A DNA stretch of 64,000 bases from assembly GCF_021869535.1 (NCBI RefSeq), contig NW_026262745.1:24180001-24244000 (forward strand). The letters are read 5' to 3'. Under the pieces are notes generated by a model. It saw nothing but the letters and a program-made list of their open reading frames with translations. It ran no database searches and was not told the DNA's origin. The stretch is from Mytilus californianus. Taxonomy: Eukaryota. The translations under genes were made by a program, and so were the position numbers. Of this stretch, positions 1-11,400 are shown in pieces. Positions within the stretch are counted from its first letter, which is position 1. Each line of letters opens with the position of its first letter.

Positions 1-257
1 ACATTTATACCCCGCTGACCCTAAACTTTTGATAGGGGGGACAATAAACCAATAAGAATTTTTTAACAAGCCCCAGTAGTGAAGAAGCAAACTGATAATT
101 TAGTGTTCAATAGTTAGTCATTAGATTTAGTTTAAAACATTATCTTGCTTACCTTTAATTTTTTAAGATCTTTGTGTCCATGTAAAATGGTAACATTTAT
201 AAATCGTGTAGTTTTTAGGTTTTTATACACCTATGACTGTGTTGTGTATTTACATTT

Positions 258-308
258 TAAAACCGAAAGTTAAATTGAAAACACGCATGCGCCGGGAAAT
301 GGACAGGT
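258..308 (+). promoter_or_regulatory. Candidate promoter/non-coding first exon of the HSPA12-like gene with IRF-like and NRF1-like motifs
   Basis: AAACCGAAAGT (260-270, IRF/ISRE-like), ACGCATGCGC (283-292, NRF1-like), CCGGGAAATG, then a consensus donor CAG|GTGAGG at 306/307, about 2.1 kb upstream of the ATG. No transcript evidence. Confidence 0.4.
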
Positions 309-2439
309 GAGGGGTATGTATAAATATGTGTTATACTTATTGTGTTAGAATGGTGGAGTCCAGTACAAAAAAATAAAAAGAATATATACAAACATTTCAA
401 TTAAATATGCAAAGAATTTACGTTTATATCACCTTGTGTCAGTGTATTGATTATTACACCAGGAAGTGTTAATGACAGATCTACAGAATGGAAATGTCCC
501 AAAACGTACATTTGTACTTTCTTTTCAAATGAATTCTTAAACAGTATCCCCTTAGACTGTGTATATTTGTTTTAGCTATGTCTGAATACCAAATTTGTAG
601 ATTATATTTTACAACTAAGCTGCTGCTATTTGAATTTGAAGTGAAGTGACTAGACACCTTCCCCCTTTTTCGTATGACGACCAGAATGATTGCATATCAT
701 TTGCAGTAATGAACAAAACGCATATTGTGAATGATCTTTTTTCTAAACTGGATAAAGAAAAATAAAGAAACGGAAGATTTTTATTGATTTACTTTAAAAA
801 AAATATATATATCATTCATGTCATTATGATGGTATAGATATCAGATAAACAATGATTATACCCGATCATGAGGGTGGACAGGGGGTACCTATCTCCCACC
901 TCCCGACCCCTAACTCCCACCTCCAACTTTTAGAATCTTTTTTTCTGTCCCACCTATTTTTTGTCTCTTTTGTTCATTTTCGTACTGTGGATATGTACAT
1001 GTTTAACATTTTTGTTTGTTTGGTGCTATTAATAGACTTATTTAGAATAGAATATTATTTAGACTTAGTGATCATTCCCTAGGCATTGAATTGGAAAGGT
1101 ACAGAAACATTCCAAGAGCACAAAGATTATGTAAACAAATGTGCAGTCCTAGATGACGAATTTCATTTCTTTTTTGTATTGTGACATTAACATATCATTG
1201 CGTTCTATTTTTTTTTGCTTATATAAAAGACTATGTACCATTATTTCAACATCTTGATGCATTTAATAAACTAAAACACATTCTAAACCCCATCCCTGAA
1301 CTTGTTTGTCATATTGGAGTCTTTATTAAGCAGTCGTTAGAACTGAGGGGGTCAGACCCATGTCAGACAAGCTTAATTATGATTGTGTTTTTTACATAAA
1401 TTTATAATTGAACTCTTAAAATATGTTCTATTATATTGTATTGTATTACATTGTATTGCATTGTATTTAAAATGCATAATTGTTTGTTTGTATTGCTTGA
1501 CCCTTATGGGTGTAATTTTGCAATAAAGATTATTAATAGTGTGACCTTTTGTGGAGGAACTTTCGATTATCGTTTAATTGCAACAATATATACTTGGTAT
1601 GAATCACAATTTGCAGGGTATTTAGAAATTTTCATTTAAATGTCCGTCTTCTGTTCTACCGACGGTCTTCCTTTCAGAAAGTTAATATGTCTGGAAAAGA
1701 TGTTTAATTCAATGAATAGACACAGCTTATTCAGTTGACCTACTTTTACCCCCCAAAAAGTGTCGTTGACTCTTGCCTTTGTTTGATCTCAATCAAATAT
1801 AAGTACGTTTTTTTTTAACTGGGTACACCGGTACCAAAACTTTGCTTTTTTTTTATTGTGTGAGGGGTTTCAAAAATTTTTGTTGGAGTTTTGGGGATAA
1901 AATATTTCCACATGTGAATATGTATAACTTTGTTTAATGATGCTTGTTTTTCAGCAGACCTTTGGGTTAGTTTCACCAGATCAGCTGGATGTAGAGAATG
2001 AAAAGAATGAGAGCCAAAACTCTTCCCAGCTACTTCTCTGAAAGAAGTTTTCCTCTCTAAATGCACGTCTAGGTACCTGATTTTTATTTGTAAATGATTG
2101 CTGTCTTGGTAACAAATGAATAGTTAAGGGATGGTTCTATGAACTATACCACCATGTTTAAGAGTTAATGTAGCGGTTTTCAAATAGGGGACTGAGGGGC
2201 CAACCACTATGTAGGGGACAGCAATCAATAAATCAGAAAAATGTACAAAAACTCGAAGTATAGCCATAAAGGGAGGCGGTCCCAAGCCCTTTGTTAGAGC
2301 TGTAAATACGAAAGATGCAAAACAATAATTTTGTAGCTTCTTATTCATTAATTTCATTTTGTACCTATTTACAGAATGAGTTCTGAAATATAAGTTGGAT
2401 AAAAAGAAAAATCAATAAAGGAAAAGGGTATAATACAGA

Positions 2440-5400
2440 ATGAGTAAAAAGAGTAAAATCCTTGTAGCAGCAATTGACTTTGGAACAACGTTTTCAGGAT
2501 ATGCATTTTCCTTCAAAACCGATTATGAAAATGATCCAATGAAAATTTCTGTCAATCAACAATGGACAGCTGGTTCTAGAAGCTTGATATCACTGAAGGC
2601 ACCGACTGTTGTCCTGTTAGACAAATCCAAAAAATTCCTGGCATTTGGATACGATGCTGAAGACAAGTACTCGGAGTTTGCTTTAGATGAAGTTCACCAT
2701 AATTATTATTACTTTCGTAGGTTCAAGATGTTACTACACGAAACAAAGGTAAATTTATATCTATTGTCTTCATTTCGATTTTAGTTTTATTTTCATATTG
2801 AAACCTGTTTTAAGAGACCACTTAAGGGAGAGCTAACTTTACAGGGGCGGATCCAGGATTTTGGAAAGGGGGGGCGTAGTTGTAAAAATTTTTTGGACCT
2901 TTTCTGGGCTAAAAAACATAAAATAAGTGTATAATGCACATTTTTAGTGACGGTTCCTAGCGTGGGGTATGTATATATATTATGTATATTATAGTTAAAG
3001 TGTAAGCTTGGGTTGGACATTTTTGATGCCGCATTCTCCCCATTAATTGTCTATTATAAAATGATTGAATGGATCTAAAGCTATGTACTAATATATTTGA
3101 TGTGGGATTTGTCAGTAAAAAATGGACATGGAAAATTCTCGTTTGTTGTATGGTTAGTCAGCATAACCTCACAAATTACTTGTTGTAAACATGATATACG
3201 GATATTCAATGAAGTTTATAATACGACCGACACGAACAAAGACAAACAAGCAATTTTTATCCAAATGTTTGGTTGAAATGTTTCACACAACAAGGGAAGT
3301 GATGGTTCCAAATCAACCAAAGGCTAGGAAGGAGTCTGAAAATTAAATGACAACGAAGTTGTGAATGACGGTCGACAAATGGAGACATAAAGGCCACACC
3401 CAGCAGGCAGGTTGCAGTTGGGCCTTGAAAAAAGTATTCAGTATATCAGTTCGGCGAAACAGACATTCCGGTCAGTTATGGGATTTACATGCAACCCCCT
3501 CAAAAAAAAAATAACGCCCGTTTTTTATTCACCATGTTCATTTAATGCTGATTAATTCTGTTGGATTTTTCAGAATTTTTTCTCTAAAATATCTCAGACT
3601 GCCCTATCAAATCAAATGGTCCGTACCTTAGACTTTAAATATATCTAGAGCTTACTGACTGGGGATCATTATTCAGCAATGTTATTAATTGGCTGGGGCG
3701 TGTGGGGTTAAATATATTTTCGTAGGTAAATAATATTGTCGTGGAACTTTTTTTTTCATGAGAGTGTAATAGAGTATTACATTCTGTTGAGTGGAAATAT
3801 GAAATAGAAGTCAATACGTTCTTGCTCAATCCTTTGTCGCTTTGAAGGTGGCATGCTTTTCATCCTCCGCCTAAGCAATGTGTTACTGTAATTTGAATTT
3901 CAAAATGACTGAGTGACGTTTCAAACGTACTGATCAACTCCACCGTAGCGAAACACATGACTGACATAATCAATAATATATTACGGTAAATACGAGCGAA
4001 AAATATCTTTATAAGTAAAGAATTGTCGCATAAAAATTAAATACACGACCGGGAAATGGCAAAGTTCACGAAGTCTAGTCTGATTCATCATTTTACAAAA
4101 AAAAAAAAAAAGTTCAAGCAAAGGGGGGGGCGTACGCCCTCTACGCCCCCCTCTGGATCCGCCACTGCTTTATATGATTTTTATTGTACAAATTTTTACG
4201 TCATTATGTGCATTTTCTTCCACTTAAAAACCTTCCTCTTGTTAGATTGTTAGTTCAGAAAAGACTTCAGCGGTGTCACTGTGTCTTCATATTTTAATCT
4301 ATTGTAAATGTTATTCAATAATTTATAATTATTCAATTCTCGAATATGGTCGTTGTGGCATGACGTGGACAATTGACCACTGTGAAAGTATTAAAGATAT
4401 TTATTTTGGTAAACTTGTATAGATGGGTCTCAGTAAAGTTTATTCAAATTATAATTTTATTAGTCCCCTACCGACGAAGTCGAAGTGGACTTTAGGTTTG
4501 CACTCCGTCTGTCTGTCTGTCCATCCATCAGTCCGGCAAATCAGTTTTTCACACTTTTTTCTTCGTTCTTGAAGATATGGTTTTGATATTTGGTGTATTG
4601 TTATATCATGACAAGTTACAGATCAAGTTCGAATCTTGTTCCGGTCTGACGATTTTGTGCAGAGTTATGGTCCTTGAACTTAGAAAATTCACTCAAATAA
4701 TCAGTTTTCCGCACTTTTTTTGTCATGCTTGAAGATACTGATTTGGTGATTGGTATTTAGTTTTATCATGACAAGTTACAGATCAAGTTCGAATTTTGGT
4801 CCAGTCTAATGATTTTGTACAGAGTTATATGGTCCTTGGACTTAGAAAATTCACTCAAATAATCAGTTAACCTCACTTTTTTTCGTCATGCTTGAAGATT
4901 TTGTTTTGATAATTACTAGTAGTATATAGTTTTATCATGACAAGTTACAGATCGATCAAGTTCGAATTTTGTTCCAGTCTGATGATTTTGTGCAGAGTTA
5001 TGTTCCTTTGACTTAGAATCTGAAAATTCACTCAAATAATCTATTTTCCACATTTTTGTTCGTCATGCTTGAAGATATTGACTTGATATTTGTTATATAG
5101 TTTACAACATGACAAGTTATAGATCAAATTAGCATTTTGTTCCAGTACAATGAATTTTTAACCGGTAGAGGACTATGTATTGCCAGGCAATACTCACAGG
5201 ATGCTCGAGTGTTCTTGGCCTCTTGTATATTCATTCTGGAGTTTAGTTTATTCAAATTTAAAGCAGTAGAACAGTTTGGTGAATATATGATGATATATAT
5301 TCGTAAATGACATGCGTTGTTCGTTTATTTATTTATTAAGCATCTTACACGAAAGACGATGGTCAAAGATGATGATGGTAAAGAAATGCCAGCTATAGAA

Positions 5401-8400
5401 ATATTCTCCATGGTTATAAAATATCTAAAGGGTCATTTGTTAGAAACATTGGAAACAAGAGGAACTGGACTAGATAATAACGACATTCATTGGGTGTTAA
5501 CAGTACCAGCTATTTGGACAGAACCTGCTAAACAGTTTATGAGAGAAGCCGCAGAAAAGGTACCGTGAACCTGTAAACTGATGTATTTTTTACTAACTTA
5601 TTTTCAATTATCAGCGGAATCAGCATTATTTTGGGCTATATATTTTCATCAGGTTACTTCATATATATGCATATAAATAACCATTACTGTAATTGGTTTG
5701 TTTGACGGAATTGGTTACAAACAATTTGACAAAAATATAATTAAGTTACTATAACTAATAAATGAAAGTACACTTTTCAAATTTTTTAGCTGACATAGCA
5801 AAAGGTGTAAGTGTAAGCTATCATTTATGTATAAAATTAGGAGGTAAGATTGCCTATGAAAAAACTATACAACGGATTCCAAATAAAAGTGGATTTTTAG
5901 TCTGTTAATATTTCATATTTTCATCCAAACTTGACCCAACAAAGCAGGAATAAAGTATAGAAGATCATATGTGGACATTCCCTACTTTGAACTTTTTTAG
6001 CGAAAAACATTACCACAAGGAGCAAATGTTGATTATGATTGGTCATTTTCAAATTCCTTATTCTTTGAAAATACATGGCCAACTTTTAATAATTTAAACT
6101 TACGAGAACTTGGTCACCCTCGTTCTGTTTACAGATAGAATCAAATAGGTTTTCTAGGATATCATATTTTATCTTCTCTTTGTTTTTAAACTTTACTTCG
6201 TCTATTTTAATCGAACTTGACAGAAATTATGTTTGCTTTTATAAAAATAAATTCAGATCTGATAACACTTTGCTGCAAAAGACAACATTAAAAGTTTTCA
6301 AATTTCATGTTTTTTTTGGTTCATGGCCAATTCTTTTAAAACTTTATTGGTAGATGAGTATGAGATCTTTAAAAGGGACTCGGTTAGCAGATTAAAAAAA
6401 TTAATCGATGTTTTTTCAGATTTTTCAGTAAACTGCACATTGCTAGAAAACAAAGAAATATTGATGCCATCATTAAATACGTTAATATAAAAGTAATAGA
6501 AATAGACAGTAAAAAATTAAAAAACCTTGATTAATTTTTATGCCCCCGCCGTAGTTTTGTTACCCTTGTCCGTCTGTATGTACGTTCGTACGTCCCAAAA
6601 TTGGTTTCCGTTCTCTAACTTTAGTTTGCCTCAACCAAATGTTATGAAACTTATACACAGTGCGTATTACCACAAAACACAGATCAAGTTTGAATTTTGG
6701 TGGCGTCACTTTAACCGTTCTAGAGTTATGCCCCTTTATAAATGGAAAAATTGCAAAATTTTTAGTTTCCGTTCTCTAACTTAAGTTTGCCTCAACCAAA
6801 TGATATGAAACTTGTACACAATGCTTATTACCACAAAACTCAGATCAAGTTTGAATTTTGGTGGCGTCACTTTAACCATTCTAGAGTTATGTCCCTTTAT
6901 AAATTGAAAAATTGCAAAAAAAAATATTTTCTTTTAAATATCAAGTAATTTTTAAAATTGGAGTTATCTTCCTTTGTAGTTGAATCAACTACAATCAATG
7001 CTTTATACAATGCATTGTTTAATTTTTACTTCCACTGATAAAACACAGATCAAGTTGAATTTGGGTAGTGTCACTTTAACCATTTTTGAGTTATGCCCCT
7101 TTATGAATCGAAGGATTGCAAAATTTTTAGTTTCTATTCTGTAACTTAAGTTTGCCCCAACCAAACATTATGAAACCTATACACAATATTCATTACCACA
7201 AAAATAAGATCAAGTACAAATTTTTTGTTTCCGTTTTCTAACTTTAGTTTGCTACAACCAAAAGTTATGAAACTTATACACAATGCTTATTACTACATAA
7301 TACAGATTAAGTACGAAATTTGATGGCGACACTTTTACCATTCTTGAGTTATGTCCCTTTATAAACATAATTTTTCGTTTCCGTTCTCTAACTTTAGTTT
7401 GTCTCAACCAAATGTTATAAAACTTATACACAACCCTTCTAGAGTTATGCGTGTTTACAAATAGAAAATTGCTGAATTTTTAGTTTCTGTTCTCTACTTA
7501 AGTTAGCCTCAACCAAATGTTATGAGACTTACACACAATGCTTATTACCACAAAACTCAGATCAAGTTCAAATTTGGGTAGCGTCACTTTTACCGTTCTT
7601 CAATTATGTCCCTTTATAACTATATGATATGCAAGCGGAGGCATCACCTGTGTCCATATGTGGACAGTGAGTCACACTATCCACATTTATTTTTTAATCT
7701 GCTAACCGAGTCCCGGTGGTCAATGGTGGTACATATGTTCAAGGGTCCTTGACACCACACGTAAGTACCTGAAAGTTTCCGAATATGACCTTGCTTTCGC
7801 CAGGAAATTTGATTTTTTTTCTTGATTGAAACGATAGCTGAATAAGGTTGTCATGGATCGACAAACATATGCATGGATTCGATAGAATATTCGTTTGAGA
7901 AGAGATTGAGTGACTTTGTAAGGTATATGGCCAGATAGAAATAATTATAATATTTTTTCATTTAAAGAAGGTTGTGCAATTCAAAATGGCGACTTGGATC
8001 CCTTTAGGATTTTTCAGTATACGGATGTGGATAGTAAACTGCACATTGCTAGAAAACAAAGAAACATTGATGCCATCGTTAAATACGTTAATAAAGTAAT
8101 AGAAATAGACAGGAAAAAATTAAAAAAACATTGATTAATTTTTTTGTAATCTGCTAACCGAGTTCCTGTGCTTCGTTACCAATTTTTCTCCACAAAAATG
8201 TGTTGGTTATCTCCTAAATATGCAGCTAGACGTTTCTCGGACTTTAAGCACCCTTTATTCCACAAATCAAATAAATGAAGTCATTTAACAAAAAAAAATT
8301 ACCTTACAAGCTCCCTAGCTCAAGCCGTGTGGTCATTTGTGATATCACCGATGGCTAATAACGAATTGCCATAAAGACCCCTCATATTTTACCCCATGTA

Positions 8401-11400
8401 AGTTTTATTCACATTGGCCGAGTTTCAAGTACTTGTATTATTTTAAAGAGCTTGTTATCAGCTATTACGTCTAACACAAAACAACCTTTATTATTGTAAT
8501 TTATTTAAATAGGCTGGTATTAGTGGTGAACAACTTAGTATTTGTTTGGAACCAGAGGCAGCATCCTTATACTGTCAACATTTACCAATAGAAAAACTAA
8601 AGGATAAAGATGGTATAGGCAGTGAATTTACGGCATCCGGAAAAGGGTCCAAATACATGGTTATAGACTTGGGAGGTAGGTTAGATTAAAGTAAAACAGA
8701 CAGAATTTGCTCAATTAGACTTGCTTACGATCAGAACCAACATTTTTGAACCAATAGATACATACAAAACAGACATGGGAACAATTTATCCCTAAAGTAC
8801 ATACTTAAAAAGATAATAATTCAGTATGGCTCATTGAAAGTATTTCTACTAAAGTCTTATCAACATAGGCTTTTTAACCGGATTTTCGAAGGAAATATCG
8901 GTTATTGATTTGGGGATGTACAGCGGGCGAGCGGGCGGGCGGACGGGCGGCTGCCAAACAGTGTCTCTTCAATTACATAAAAACGCTGTGATGATTTTTT
9001 TTCAAATTTAGATATGTTGTTTCTTGTGATTAAATGAAGGTCTAGTTCAATTTTCACGATTTTAGTATTTCTCCTTTTTGAGTTATCGCCATTTTTAATA
9101 TCCAAAAGTGGTATTTTTAAATATTTTTCTCTTGTTATCATATTATGACTAAGTTTATGGTAAATGTCTTATCTCACAATAAAGATTGGAGTGACAGATC
9201 TATTTGAAAATTTTCTATTTCCTAAGTGGTGATGATTATAAGCTATATTATTAGACATTTTGAAGATTATTACATTATTAATTATTATATATGTACAGTT
9301 AGAGTACTATGTTAAACCATAGTTCTGTTCAAAGGGAAATAACCCTTCAGATTTGCAAGTATAATTTTCATTATTAATTAGATCTGGGAAATATCTTAGC
9401 ATATGATAATCATTGGAGTGACAGATTTATTTGAAAATTTTCTGTTTCTGTAGGACTGTATATATAAAGTTTGAAATTTACTAGTAGGACTGTATAAATG
9501 AAGTTTGAAATTTACTGTTCATTATTAGACATTTTGTAGATAATTAAGTCTCCCTAAACCATATATATTCTTACCCCCAACCACCTTCAATTTGTGAATG
9601 TGCTTTTATCTTGTAAACGGTCGAGATCCCAACCCCTATACCATATATATTCTTGTATGGGACAATAAAACAAATCAAATGAAATATTGGGGGAGTCCCA
9701 GGGTTCATCCCCACACCCTTCTTTTTAAAAACTTGTAAACAGCCAAGATCCCCACCCCGAAACCATATATATTCTTGTATGGGACAATAAAACAAATCAA
9801 ATGTAATAAAAGGCTAGTCCCCTGGGGTCACCCCCACCCACTCCTGTTTGATAACTTGTAAACGGTAAAGATCCCCACCCTGAAACCATATATATTCTTG
9901 TATGGGACAATAAAACAAATCAAATGAAATATAGGGGAAGTCCATGTGGGTAACCCCCAACCCCCTTCTTTTTGATAACTTGTAAATGGTCAAGATCCCA
10001 ACCCCGAAACCATATATATTCTTGTATGGGACAATAAAACAAATCAAACGAAATATAGGGGAAGTCCAGGGGGTCACCTCCACCCCCTTCTTTTTGAAAA
10101 CTTGTAAACAGTCAAGATCCCCACCCCGAAACCATATATATTCTTGTATGGGACAATAAAACAAATCAAATGTAATAAAAGGCGAGTCCCCTGGGGTCAC
10201 CCCCACCCCCTCCTGTTTGAGAACTTGTAAATGGTTGAGATCCCCACCCCTAAACCATATATATTCTTGTATGGGACAATAAAACAAATCAAATGGAATA
10301 TAGGGGAAGTCCCCTGGTGTAACCCCCAACACCCTTTTTTTGAAAACTTGTAAACGTCAAGATCCCCACCCCAAACCATTTATATTCTTGTATGGGACAA
10401 TAAAACAAATCAAATGAAATAAAAGGCGAGTCCCCTGGGGTTACCCCCACCCCCTCCTGTTTAAGAACTTGTAAACAGTCGAGATCCCCACCCCTAAACC
10501 ATATATATTCTTGTATGCAACAATAAAGGGGAGAGTCTCCTGGGGGAACCCCCCCCCACCCCTTTTTTTGAGAACTTGTAAACGGTCGAGATATCCACCC
10601 CTAAACCATATATATTCCTGTTCTTCGTCATTTCAAGAAGATTTGAATGACATACAGGGTCAATCCATAGGCGTCGATTATGCATATCACAAACCAATTT
10701 GTACTGGACTTTGCCCGATGTCAGGTGACCATGGGAATGACGAATTATTGGAGCTTTGTTTGGGAGACTTCGTAACAGCATCCTGTTACAATTATTTCTT
10801 GATTTCTTGTTACTGATAAGTTTTATAGATTTTGAAAAGACATTATATTAATTAGTTAATGATAAATAAAATTTTGGATTTTTTTCTTCTTTTCTTTGGT
10901 AAATTGTTTGAAGAATTTTGTGGCAAGTTTGTTTGTTATTCTGTAAAAACTAATTTTCTGAATGCTATATATTTTTTTTTTTGATGAAGTAAACTCCTTT
11001 AAAAACTAAGCTTATATTGTCTATTAATAAACATATATTTAGATTTCTGATTTTGGGCCCAGTTTTCAAGTTGGTCCAAATCGGGGTCCAAAATTAGACT
11101 GTGTTTGATTTCTACATAAATTGAATATATATATAGGCTTCTTTGAAATGCTTAATCTAAACCTGTATTTCCTTTCATTATTAATAAGATAATACCATAT
11201 TGAGGTCCAAAAGGTCCTAAATTAAACTTTTGATTAATTTCATCAAAAATTCTTTGGTTCTTTGATATGCTGATTCTAACAATGTTTGAGTGTTAAATCA
11301 TATCTAATTTTAGAGAACTTAGTCATCACTGGTTGTTGTTATTATATTATTGATTATAATTTGAAAAATTGCATCATATCTTATTTTAGAGAACTATTTA

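Noticed and set aside
9571-10816. ORFs of 60-172 aa (e.g. 9814-10332) as proteins; array as CRISPR
   Set aside because: The ORFs are translations of the 122-bp tandem repeat. Units are contiguous with no unique spacers, and there are no cas genes in a eukaryotic context.
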